From positions 1-64,000 of IMG/VR virus record IMGVR_UViG_3300010429_000387: a stretch of DNA of 64,000 bases; one strand, 5' to 3'. Of this stretch, positions 1-7,955 are shown piece after piece (within the stretch, counting starts at the first letter, position 1; each line of letters starts with the position of its first letter). A program made the translations under genes and the position numbers. This DNA comes from a virus. Taxonomy: Duplodnaviria > Caudoviricetes. The notes below the pieces were generated by a model. The model was given only the letters and a program-made list of their open reading frames with translations, was not told the DNA's origin and made no database searches.

Positions 1-213
1 GAAAACCTCATGTCTCCGAGACCATAGGTTATTTCCGAGTACCAGGGGTTTCCGGTTATGTGTAGGCTCAGGTGCGAGCGAAAACCTCATGTCTCCGAGA
101 CCATAGGTTATTTCCGAGTACCAGGGGTTTCCGGTTATGTGTAGGCTCAGGTGCGAGCGAAAACCTCATGTCTCCGAGACCATAGGTTATTTCCGAGTAC
201 CAGGGGTTTCCGG
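1..213. repeat. 79-bp tandem direct repeat (2 full + 1 partial unit; may continue left of the window)
   Basis: Identical units start at 1, 80 and 159 (GAAAACCTCATGTCTCCGAGACCATAGGTTATTTCCGAGTACCAGGGGTTTCCGG...). Confidence 0.95.
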
Positions 214-226
214 TGTAGCTTAGGCT

Positions 227-1012
227 ATGAGCGTGACGATAGAGGGCTGTACGTTGTTGACTGTAGAGGATGAGGACGGGCAGGTCTGGGTGCCGATCCG
301 TCAGGTCTGCGAGGCTCTGGGGAAGAAGGACCCTGGGGCCTACCCGAGGAAGCTACGGGCACAGGGCTTCGAGGTCAGGTTGTTCCGGGTACCCAGGGCC
401 AATGGGTGTGGGGGGTGGGATCAAGCCTGTATCAAGGAGGGTGACTTGGCTCGATGGCTTCCAACGTTGAGGGGGCCAGGGCAGGACTGCCAGGTCTACT
501 TCCTTGAGGCACCTAGCGTAGGGCTCGTGAAGATTGGAGTGGCCCAAGACTTGAAGAAGCGCCTGAAGGACCTGTCTCTCTCCAGTCCGGTATCCTTGCG
601 TCTTCTCAAGAGTATATCTGGAGGCCCCAAGCATGAAGCTGCGCTCCACCTCATGTTTGACGAGCACCGAAGCCATGGGGAGTGGTTCCACCTGGCACCT
701 ATCGCCCACCACATCGAAGCGCTGGAGACCTTTGAGGTGCCAGAGGAGCAAGACTATCTGGGTATCCTGCCCAGGGCAGCCTGTCTTGAGCGGCGGAAGG
801 TAGAAACGATTCTGAAGTCAGAGTCCTGCCAGAGGCTTCTTCGAGCCGTCCAAGCAAAACCCATGGGGATCTCGGAGCTGGCGGACTTCTTGGGCCTCAG
901 TCAGCCCACAGTTTCAGCCCAAATTCAACGCCTGGAGACCCTACGCTTTGTTCAGATAGTTCAACAGGGGAGAAAGAAGGTGATTCATGCTCTCCCACGT
1001 AGTGCCATGTAG
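227..1012 (+). CDS. Antirepressor-like N-terminal domain + T5orf172/MUG113 (GIY-YIG-like) domain + C-terminal winged HTH
   Basis: VWVPIRQVCEALG (phage antirepressor N-term like); VYFL..VKIG..KRLKDL..E..LH..F..HR..GEWF; ISELADFLGLSQPTVSAQIQRLE; GGTGTA 9 nt upstream of ATG. Confidence 0.75.
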   Translation: MSVTIEGCTLLTVEDEDGQVWVPIRQVCEALGKKDPGAYPRKLRAQGFEVRLFRVPRANGCGGWDQACIKEGDLARWLPTLRGPGQDCQVYFLEAPSVGLVKIGVAQDLKKRLKDLSLSSPVSLRLLKSISGGPKHEAALHLMFDEHRSHGEWFHLAPIAHHIEALETFEVPEEQDYLGILPRAACLERRKVETILKSESCQRLLRAVQAKPMGISELADFLGLSQPTVSAQIQRLETLRFVQIVQQGRKKVIHALPRSAM

Positions 1013-1245
1013 GTCCAACCCACGTTCGGACCCTCTCTCACGGGTTCGCCTGCTCGGTGTCGGTACGTGTAGGTACGGGCATCGTTCGTATGCCCTAGAG
1101 GGTACGAACGTCTTAGAGAATATATGAACATGGTGCGTACCTACATCAGAACCACAGACGAAACTCGGAGCAAGGCCCGTGCCCTGCTCCGAACCCGAGC
1201 AAATCTTAAAGACGACCGCTAGGTTGTAGGCATTACACCCACCTC

Positions 1246-1298
1246 GAAAACCTCATGCCTCCGAGACCATAGGTTATTTCCGAGTACCAGGGGTTTCA
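1246..1298. repeat. Dispersed partial copy of the 79-bp repeat
   Basis: GAAAACCTCATGCCTCCGAGACCATAGGTTATTTCCGAGTACCAGGGGTTTC, one mismatch to the unit at 1. Confidence 0.9.
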
Positions 1299-1589
1299 GA
1301 CCACCCCGGCAGCTTGGAGGAGTTCCCCGACCCTCTTGGAGTGCTGGATCTGGAGGGGGAGGAACCCGGCACGGGAGGCGTTGAGGAGGTGCCGGTGCTC
1401 GTGGAGGGCATCGGAGACAGCGTAGAGCTTCCGAGCAAGGACCGGGTCGGAGCACTTGCGGGCGAGGAGGAAGACCCTCTCAGAGGCCCTGGAGGCCCTT
1501 CCGGAGGCACAGGACATCCCGTTGATGGCCTTGAAGAGGTACTTCACGGAGGCTGCGAACCGGGCGGAGTCAGTGAGCTTGCTGTTCAT
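1296..1589 (-). CDS. Hypothetical protein (leaderless, class A promoter)
   Basis: ATG lies exactly 5 nt after CGTTGTA of a class A promoter. Confidence 0.65.
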   Translation of the reverse strand: MNSKLTDSARFAASVKYLFKAINGMSCASGRASRASERVFLLARKCSDPVLARKLYAVSDALHEHRHLLNASRAGFLPLQIQHSKRVGELLQAAGVV

Positions 1590-1594
1590 GCCCG

Positions 1595-1623
1595 TACAAC
1601 GTCCCAAGGGGGGAAGGTTTCAA
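1595..1623 (-). promoter_or_regulatory. Class A phage promoter
   Basis: TTGAAA-N16-CGTTGTA-N5-ATG. Confidence 0.8.
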
Positions 1624-1666
1624 CCAAGGGGAGGAAGATTTCTTCTCCCTCCCCTCTCCTTGGGGG

Positions 1667-2443
1667 TCAGGGTCGGAGCCAGCCCTCGGGGTTCATGATC
1701 CCGAGCTTGATCAGCTCGGCCTGGACGGGGGCGTAGTCTCGGTTCCAGAGCCAGGTGGCCTTCCGGATGGCCTTGTGGAGCTTCTCCACGTCCTTCTGGG
1801 AGGGCTTGTCCTGGGCAGCCAGCTCACGGGCCTTGTCGAACATGGCGGCCGTCTCGGCAGCCCTACGGGCCTCCAGGGCAGCCTTCTTCTCGGCCTTGGC
1901 CTGCTCCTTGGCAGCCCTCTCAGCCCTCTTGGCAGCCACGATGGCAGCCCGCTCGGCCTTGGCAACCCGGACCTCTTCGAGCTTCTCTTCAAAGCTCTTG
2001 GTCTCGGTCAGGACCCAAGCCTCGATCCTCTTGGTCATCCGGATGACCTCGGCCTCCATCTGGCGGATGCTGTACTTGATCTCGCCCATCTTGCGGTTGA
2101 GAGCGTCCTTCCACTCGTAGTCGCTCTTGCACTCGGCCTTCTTGACCACCTTGAGGCCACGGTACGAGTCGAAGAGCAGCTCAGTGATCTCGCCAGCTTC
2201 GAGCTTCAGAAGGGTCGCCTTGCTACGCTCGATCTGACCCTCGACCGAAGCCTTGTACTGCTTGCAGATGTCGCAGGACTTCTCGTAGGGCAGCTCGAAG
2301 ACGCCCATGCAGTCGCCCACGATGGAGCCCCAACCAGGGCGCTTGTACCCGTGGTGGACCATCTGGCCGTTGTGGAGCTTGAACTCACCCTCGCAAACTT
2401 GGCAGTGTCCGAGGTGGCGGGTAGCGGTCTTGTTCGTGGTCAT
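1667..2443 (-). CDS. Hypothetical protein with N-terminal CxxC/HHG motif and coiled-coil C-terminus
   Basis: 258-aa ORF, strong GC3 codon bias, class A promoter. Confidence 0.85.
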   Translation of the reverse strand: MTTNKTATRHLGHCQVCEGEFKLHNGQMVHHGYKRPGWGSIVGDCMGVFELPYEKSCDICKQYKASVEGQIERSKATLLKLEAGEITELLFDSYRGLKVVKKAECKSDYEWKDALNRKMGEIKYSIRQMEAEVIRMTKRIEAWVLTETKSFEEKLEEVRVAKAERAAIVAAKRAERAAKEQAKAEKKAALEARRAAETAAMFDKARELAAQDKPSQKDVEKLHKAIRKATWLWNRDYAPVQAELIKLGIMNPEGWLRP

Positions 2444-2448
2444 GTCCC

Positions 2449-2477
2449 TACAACGGATGAGGGTGGGTACCTTTCAA
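2449..2477 (-). promoter_or_regulatory. Class A phage promoter
   Basis: TTGAAA-N16-CGTTGTA-N5-ATG. Confidence 0.8.
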
Positions 2478-2511
2478 CCAGAAAGATGTCCGGTTGGGTG
2501 GTTTCCCGATG

Positions 2512-2850
2512 TCAGGCAGCAGCCTTGCGGGCTGCCCGCTCCTCAGCGAGCATGGTCTTGGTGACGATCCGATAACGCTTCGGGTCGAACCCGAAGGCGC
2601 TCATGGCGGAGTTGAGAGACCCCTCGACCACTTCGACCTTCTTGCCGATGCGGAGGACCACGTAGGCCGTGGCATTGCCCACGGAACCCGTCATGACCAC
2701 GATGGCGTCACAGCGACCGTTGCCCCAGGACCATACCTGGGTGGTCGAGAGCCAGCGGCTCGTTCGCAGGTCGTTCCAGCGGACCCGACGGGTCAGCTCT
2801 GAAACGGCCTGCTCGTTGTCGCCCAGGTGGATGAGGTTGCGCTTGTTCAT
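2512..2850 (-). CDS. Hypothetical protein
   Basis: Start moved to the ATG after the class A promoter (MNKRNL...). Confidence 0.75.
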   Translation of the reverse strand: MNKRNLIHLGDNEQAVSELTRRVRWNDLRTSRWLSTTQVWSWGNGRCDAIVVMTGSVGNATAYVVLRIGKKVEVVEGSLNSAMSAFGFDPKRYRIVTKTMLAEERAARKAAA

Positions 2851-2858
2851 GGTACCCC

Positions 2859-2886
2859 TACAACGTTTGAGCCCCGAATCTTTCAA
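2859..2886 (-). promoter_or_regulatory. Class A phage promoter
   Basis: TTGAAA-N15-CGTTGTA-N8-ATG. Confidence 0.8.
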
Positions 2887-2895
2887 CCAGAAATC

Positions 2896-3174
2896 CTACG
2901 ATTGGTACGACCCCACGATGAGTCGCCCATCATCGAGGAGCTTGACCAGGACGCCGGTCGTCATGGAGGAGTTGAATACTCCGGTCCAGTAGGGGTCCTC
3001 GTAGCGCATGAACTGGCTGAGGTGGTAGACGCTTCCGTGGTAGCGGAAGAAGCCCGTGGTCTCCTCCTTGGGGACCCAGTCGAAGAACTCCCGGTCCTCC
3101 TCGGTGGGGTTCTCGATGAACTCCCGAGGCTGCTTGTTGGTGTGGACCCTCATGCTGTTGACCATCTTGCTCAT
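2896..3174 (-). CDS. Hypothetical protein
   Basis: MSKMVNS...; leaderless start after class A promoter. Confidence 0.8.
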   Translation of the reverse strand: MSKMVNSMRVHTNKQPREFIENPTEEDREFFDWVPKEETTGFFRYHGSVYHLSQFMRYEDPYWTGVFNSSMTTGVLVKLLDDGRLIVGSYQS

Positions 3175-3179
3175 ACCCC

Positions 3180-3207
3180 TACAACGTTTGGGCTCGGATT
3201 CCTTCAA
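3180..3207 (-). promoter_or_regulatory. Class A phage promoter
   Basis: TTGAAG-N15-CGTTGTA-N5-ATG. Confidence 0.8.
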
Positions 3208-3243
3208 CCGGGAGTTGAGATTTTATTGAACGATTCCTCTGGT

Positions 3244-3447
3244 TTACACCTCGTCCACTGTGATACTCCAACAGGGGTTGACCTCGATCATGACCCGCCC
3301 GTGGCTGTCCTTGGACAGGACCAGGTCCGTATCGGCCGAGTCGTAGAGGGCCTCTACGTCGGGGTTGAGTTCGGAGACACAGAAGCACTCGACTTCAAGG
3401 GTGATGAGGCACTCGGGCTCCTTCCGCTTCAGGGTGACCCTGAGCAT
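3244..3447 (-). CDS. Hypothetical protein
   Basis: Start overlaps the stop of the upstream gene (TGATG). Confidence 0.6.
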   Translation of the reverse strand: MLRVTLKRKEPECLITLEVECFCVSELNPDVEALYDSADTDLVLSKDSHGRVMIEVNPCWSITVDEV

Positions 3448-3767
3448 CAGGCTACCCTCGACTGACGGTGAACTTCACCGATCCTGATGCCCGCATCTTC
3501 GAGCTTCTTGTCCAACCCCTCAACCTCGGCTCCCTTGTAGTAGTTCCCCCGGTTGTCACCAGAGGGGGCAGTCTCCTTGGGGCAACGCTCGGCCACGAAG
3601 GACCTGAACACCAGCTCCCCAAGCCAGCCCTTCTTCACGAGCATGTCCCGGAAGGCCACGATGGCTTCCTCGACCGTCGGTTTCCACGGCCCGTCCACAT
3701 CACGCCCACGCTTGGACGTTACATACATCGTTGACTTGACGCTGAACTTGTTGACTGGTCGGCTCAT
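3447..3767 (-). CDS. Hypothetical protein
   Basis: MSRPVNK...; leaderless start after class A promoter. Confidence 0.75.
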   Translation of the reverse strand: MSRPVNKFSVKSTMYVTSKRGRDVDGPWKPTVEEAIVAFRDMLVKKGWLGELVFRSFVAERCPKETAPSGDNRGNYYKGAEVEGLDKKLEDAGIRIGEVHRQSRVA

Positions 3768-3772
3768 GTTTC

Positions 3773-3800
3773 TACAACGTTTGAGGCTCGATTCCTTCAA
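3773..3800 (-). promoter_or_regulatory. Class A phage promoter
   Basis: TTGAAG-N15-CGTTGTA-N5-ATG. Confidence 0.8.
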
Positions 3801-3948
3801 CTGGGTTAGGCCGATTTCTCCAAACCCCTTACGTCCAAGACGTTTTCGTTCAGTGGACGCTTGAGTCGGTGAGATAAATCGACCCCTAGGCCAAAATGCC
3901 ACATCCAAGTTTAGGCCCAAAGGGTGTACCTGTGGAGAGAAGGGGGAA

Positions 3949-4314
3949 ATGTACATGCACCTACAGTCGAAGAGCTTGGCCGTGATGTTGAGTCCTGAAG
4001 TGGGAGGGTTTGCTGCCGTCCTGGAAGCCCGGCTCCGGATGCACGGGCTCGGGAGCCGGTGGAAGAAGGTCCCTTACGAGGAGGTCCTGAGACAGCTTCA
4101 GACGAAGGTGATCGAGCTGGTGGAGAACCCTCGGGGGAGGGGAGCCTTCCACAAGGCGGTCCTCGTTGGGCTCCTGGCGATGATGGCAGCCGACCACTGT
4201 GCGGCCCTCCAGAGGCTCAACCCGGAGGTCGTGATGGTCCAGCCGCCCTCCAAGAAGGCCAAGGTCGTGAAGGTCCCAGCCAGGTGCCAGGAGTTCGAGG
4301 AAGAGGCCCTATAG
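3949..4314 (+). CDS. Hypothetical protein
   Basis: 121-aa ORF, SD-like AGGGGG, GGTGTA upstream. Confidence 0.65.
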   Translation: MYMHLQSKSLAVMLSPEVGGFAAVLEARLRMHGLGSRWKKVPYEEVLRQLQTKVIELVENPRGRGAFHKAVLVGLLAMMAADHCAALQRLNPEVVMVQPPSKKAKVVKVPARCQEFEEEAL

Positions 4315-4521
4315 GACCAGGCCCTTCCTACGTAGCTCGCATCTGAGCCTTCGGATGAACCGGGAGGGGTTGCCCGGAGACCCCCCGGTGACGTGGGCAG
4401 GGACGCTCTTGTCCGGAGGAACGAACCGCCAGTGGCAGCTTCGGGTCATCTCCACCCGCCACCCCTGCCCCCTGGCGGTCTCCACTACGCTCCGGAACTC
4501 GGCCATGGATACAGCCAGCAT
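4309..4521 (-). CDS. HicA-like small protein
   Basis: QGWRVEMTRSCHWRFVPPD resembles the HicA mRNA-interferase fold (GW..x..H). Confidence 0.5.
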   Translation of the reverse strand: MLAVSMAEFRSVVETARGQGWRVEMTRSCHWRFVPPDKSVPAHVTGGSPGNPSRFIRRLRCELRRKGLVL

Positions 4522-4522
4522 C

Positions 4523-4873
4523 CTACGCCCCCTCTTTTGGCACCTTGGGGAAGCAGTTCTCTTCAATGTCTATGTGGGTCAGAACTTCAAGTTTCATTCC
4601 TATCCCCTGGCAGCGATAGGACATGGTGTTTGGGTTTTTCACCGAGTCCCAAGCAGCTTCTTCGGTTAGGTACCAGCTCACGATCACCAGGGAGCCCACC
4701 CCAAGCGCTTCCCCACGTCTCCCTCGGTGGTATCTCCAGTTGAAGTCTGGGGGGATCTGAGCAAGCGACTTTTCCGTGTGCCTTGCTACCAACAGTGCTC
4801 GGTTGGGCTTCTCCCCCTTCTTGAAGACATACCCAGAATCAAGGTGTGCAACATGTCCCCAAAATGGCTTCAT
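4523..4873 (-). CDS. Hypothetical protein
   Basis: Coupled to both neighbours. Confidence 0.55.
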   Translation of the reverse strand: MKPFWGHVAHLDSGYVFKKGEKPNRALLVARHTEKSLAQIPPDFNWRYHRGRRGEALGVGSLVIVSWYLTEEAAWDSVKNPNTMSYRCQGIGMKLEVLTHIDIEENCFPKVPKEGA

Positions 4874-5169
4874 CAGGCCCTCCTCTCCTCACGCCTCCCA
4901 AGGGTCCACACCAAGGCGGTAGCCAAGCGGTGCTTGCAGTGGTGCCCTCCTCGGCTGTCCGGGCAGGTACAGGTCGAGGTCCTACGCCGGAGGTCCACCC
5001 CCACGTAGTAGGTCCCTCCTGAGGACCCCCTCACCTGCCAGGTATCCTCTCCGATGTAGAGGACCCCGTCCTTCAGGGAGGCCAGCTCCACTGCCCTCAT
5101 GAGGCGTGCCCTCATGTGCGGGTAACGTCTGGCCCAACGCTCTGCCAGGTCTTGTACGGGTGTGCTCAT
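4873..5169 (-). CDS. SWIM zinc-finger protein
   Basis: Y.V......CTCPD.....CKHRLA. Confidence 0.8.
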   Translation of the reverse strand: MSTPVQDLAERWARRYPHMRARLMRAVELASLKDGVLYIGEDTWQVRGSSGGTYYVGVDLRRRTSTCTCPDSRGGHHCKHRLATALVWTLGRREERRA

Positions 5170-5174
5170 AGTCC

Positions 5175-5203
5175 TACAACGTTTGAGACACCGAAGCCTT
5201 CAA
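5175..5203 (-). promoter_or_regulatory. Class A phage promoter
   Basis: TTGAAG-N16-CGTTGTA-N5-ATG. Confidence 0.8.
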
Positions 5204-5516
5204 CCAGAAGGACGCTCTTTCATATACACCACACGCAGGTGTCGTGTACTACACTGGCACCCTTCAACGGGTTCGTATCTTCTCTTACGCACGCTCTCCA
5301 CTACACCTACACTACACCCACCATGTAGGTACGGACCACGTTCGTATAGTCTCTTGAACGTTCATACCCCCTAGACTATATGAACGTTGTGTTGAACCAC
5401 GTACACCTACACTCTCACGGTCACTCGTTGGTACGCTCGTTGACAGGAGTTCACAGTGAACGGTAGTACACAACCCTCGTTCTTCAAGAGGTGTGCCACT
5501 CGCTCGTCAACGAGAT

Positions 5517-5913
5517 GGCATGGACCTTGACGTGCAATCACATTGAACGAGAAATCGGCATGGCATGGTCCATGCCCTCCCCGGCATGGCACGAAAATAT
5601 ATTTCTCAGAAAATTCGCTTCATTATCGTTTTTGGCATGGCACCTGCCCAGAGTGGGGCGTATTCAATCAACGTATGGACACTGTCCAGTAGAACGCCAA
5701 AACACGCCTCTTCGAGCATATCTCTGGCCGACCCCGAGACCCCACCCCCTACAAGGGCATGGCCGTTCCCCGTGTCCGACCCCTGAAAAGTGGCCCGGCG
5801 GTGATTTTTCCCGAAACACACTAATGGGCAGGGCATGGCCCCGACCCTAAATTTTCTGTGGGTCGGTAGATTTTCCCGAGACCTGGTAATCCAAGTCCGG
5901 GCTATGGGCATGG
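5517..5913. repeat. Cluster of GGCATGG heptamers with an AT-rich patch (candidate origin/iteron region)
   Basis: GGCATGG at 5517, 5557, 5562, 5583, 5634, 5756, 5832, 5907 and inverted at 5570; no convincing ORF. Confidence 0.55.
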
Positions 5914-6013
5914 CTATTTGCGGGGCATCGCATTGAAGGCGCATGTCCTGAGCCCCTGCCCATACCCGACACTACCCGGCCAGGTGTAGTTGAAGCCCAC
6001 GACGGCAGAGGAG

Positions 6014-6232
6014 ATGACTGCCTACCTCGTGGGGGACAAGGTTCGGTCCCCGGAGAGGATTCCGGTCTACATCTCCAGGGCGATTCAGGTTGGGTTCTTC
6101 TACGAGGGGCACGAGCCAGCCCTTCACTTCAGGGTAGAGCCAGGTACGACCCGGCAGATTGCTCAAGAGCTTCCCGAAGGTCTCGACTGGAAGATCATGA
6201 GGGACCTTCGACCGCTCACCTGTAGGATCTAG
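6014..6232 (+). CDS. Hypothetical protein
   Basis: SD GAGGAG before ATG. Confidence 0.6.
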   Translation: MTAYLVGDKVRSPERIPVYISRAIQVGFFYEGHEPALHFRVEPGTTRQIAQELPEGLDWKIMRDLRPLTCRI

Positions 6233-6412
6233 ATGCCGAAGTCCAAGAGAGCGAAGACTTCCGAGCACAAGAGGGCCATCATCGAGAGGCTCTACCTTGC
6301 TTGGCTGGCGAATCCTGAGCTTCGGCTGGGTCAGCTCATTGTGAACCGGTGTGGGGTTGACCCTTTCTATGTGGAGGATGAGGATCTTGCCGAAGCCTGT
6401 GAAAAGCCTTGA
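6233..6412 (+). CDS. Small phage protein (59 aa; absent from the ORF track)
   Basis: MPKSKRAKTSEHKRAIIERLYLAWLANPELRLGQLIVNRCGVDPFYVEDEDLAEACEKP; W..xP.LRLGQL..DPFYVED pattern seen in small phage proteins. Confidence 0.7.
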   Translation: MPKSKRAKTSEHKRAIIERLYLAWLANPELRLGQLIVNRCGVDPFYVEDEDLAEACEKP

Positions 6413-6638
6413 GGAACTCCTGTCCCGAGCGTTCACGAGGGTTGCTCAGCACGCATGTAGGCAGGGGGAGAAGGGGTCCCGAGCGTGGCCCCCCTTGTCA
6501 GAGCTACCGGCTCCAGAGAGTTGGGAGATGGTAGGGCAGCAGTATGCAAGGGAGTTTGCGGTCGAGCTGCTTGAGCACTACTTCTCCCGAGGCAAGTTTC
6601 TCAGGGATCTCGCCAAGGTTGTATCGAAGCGGAGGTGA
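6399..6638 (+). CDS. Hypothetical protein
   Basis: GTG start overlapping the previous gene. Confidence 0.5.
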   Translation: MKSLEELLSRAFTRVAQHACRQGEKGSRAWPPLSELPAPESWEMVGQQYAREFAVELLEHYFSRGKFLRDLAKVVSKRR

Positions 6639-6641
6639 CAG

Positions 6642-6926
6642 TTGGACATTCTGAAGGTTGTCCCTGAGTGGGTTCAACTGGTTCTCATGGGTACGGGTGC
6701 TCTTTGTGGGGTTCTCGTCACCTGGTCGATCCTTCTTCGCAAGCTAGCCATCCTGGAGTATAGAGCCCGACTGGCAGAGCGGCTTCTCGAACTCGAACGC
6801 AAGTTTCGAGTTGAGGACCGAGCCCGGTTGGAAGCAGACCTTGACTTCGAGCGTCAGCACGTTCGGAGACTCCACGGGTTTGTGGACTCCTTGGTAGACT
6901 TGGGTGATCGGGACCAGGTGAACTGA
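6642..6926 (+). CDS. Membrane-anchored coiled-coil protein
   Basis: Hydrophobic N-terminal helix, then charged heptads. Confidence 0.6.
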   Translation: MDILKVVPEWVQLVLMGTGALCGVLVTWSILLRKLAILEYRARLAERLLELERKFRVEDRARLEADLDFERQHVRRLHGFVDSLVDLGDRDQVN

Positions 6927-6927
6927 G

Positions 6928-7686
6928 ATGCACGAGAGCTGGAAGCTCGTCCTACAGGACGAGATGCAGAAGCCTTATTTCATCGACCTTGTGAAGACGC
7001 TCCGGGCGGAGAGGGTCAAGGGGGAGGTCTATCCTCCTCCGGGCAAGGTGTTCACGGCTTTTGAGGAGACGCCCTTCGACCAGGTCCGGGTTGTCATCCT
7101 GGGGCAGGACCCCTACCACGGGTTCGGGCAGGCTCATGGGATGGCTTTCTCGGTCATGCCGGGCGTGAGGGTCCCTCCGTCGCTCTTGAACGTCTACAAG
7201 GAGCTACAGGCGGATGTGGGGGTCAAGCCCGTGAAACACGGGTACCTTGTTCCTTGGGCGAGGCAGGGGGTCTTTCTTCTGAACACGGTTCTGACGGTTC
7301 GGAAGGGGGAGCCGGGGTCCCATCGCAAGCTAGGGTGGGAAACCTTCACGGATCGGGTCATCACGGAGCTGTCGAAGAGGGACAAAATGTCCGTCTTCGT
7401 GCTCTGGGGCAAGGACGCTCAGAGCAAGGCGGGGATGATCGACACCTCCAAGCACAAGGTCTTGACCTCAGTCCACCCGAGCCCGATGAGCGCCCACTTC
7501 GGGTTCTTCGGCTCGAAGCCCTTCTCCAAGGTCAACGAGATTCTCTTGAAGAAGGGCCTTCGGCCTATCAACTGGCAGCTCCCGACCGATCCCTACGGAA
7601 CCGTTCCGGATGCTCCGGAGCCCGAACCCGTGGATGAAGACGTTCTGGACCTCGATGCTCTTCTCTCAGGTGTAGAAGAGTTCTAG
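6928..7686 (+). CDS. ung: Uracil-DNA glycosylase (family 1)
   Basis: VVILGQDPYHG..QAHG, VFLLNTVLTV, LWGKDAQ, HPSPMS. Confidence 0.97.
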   Translation: MHESWKLVLQDEMQKPYFIDLVKTLRAERVKGEVYPPPGKVFTAFEETPFDQVRVVILGQDPYHGFGQAHGMAFSVMPGVRVPPSLLNVYKELQADVGVKPVKHGYLVPWARQGVFLLNTVLTVRKGEPGSHRKLGWETFTDRVITELSKRDKMSVFVLWGKDAQSKAGMIDTSKHKVLTSVHPSPMSAHFGFFGSKPFSKVNEILLKKGLRPINWQLPTDPYGTVPDAPEPEPVDEDVLDLDALLSGVEEF

Positions 7687-7687
7687 G

Positions 7688-7924
7688 ATGAATCGTCTTG
7701 AAAGAGTCGTGGCGGAGCCCACGGACAAGGCTCCTCGGCACAAGTGGCCTCCGGGGGAGGTCTCTCGGTGCCTCATTTGCGAGGCCATCAGGTGGCAGCG
7801 CAAGGAGCTGAACCGATATGAGGGCAAGGTCTACACCACGACATTCTATCAGGTACGTGGGTCAACGCAGTGGATCAAGGTGGCTCCCAGGTGCCAGGCT
7901 GTAGCGGACGAGGTATCGGCCTAG
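7688..7924 (+). CDS. Hypothetical protein
   Basis: GGTGTA upstream; CxxC. Confidence 0.6.
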   Translation: MNRLERVVAEPTDKAPRHKWPPGEVSRCLICEAIRWQRKELNRYEGKVYTTTFYQVRGSTQWIKVAPRCQAVADEVSA

Positions 7925-7955
7925 GATCTTCTTGTGCCCTTGGCTGACTGGGTTC

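Noticed and set aside
1-213. CRISPR array
   Set aside because: Units are identical over all 79 bp, with no unique spacers and no cas genes.
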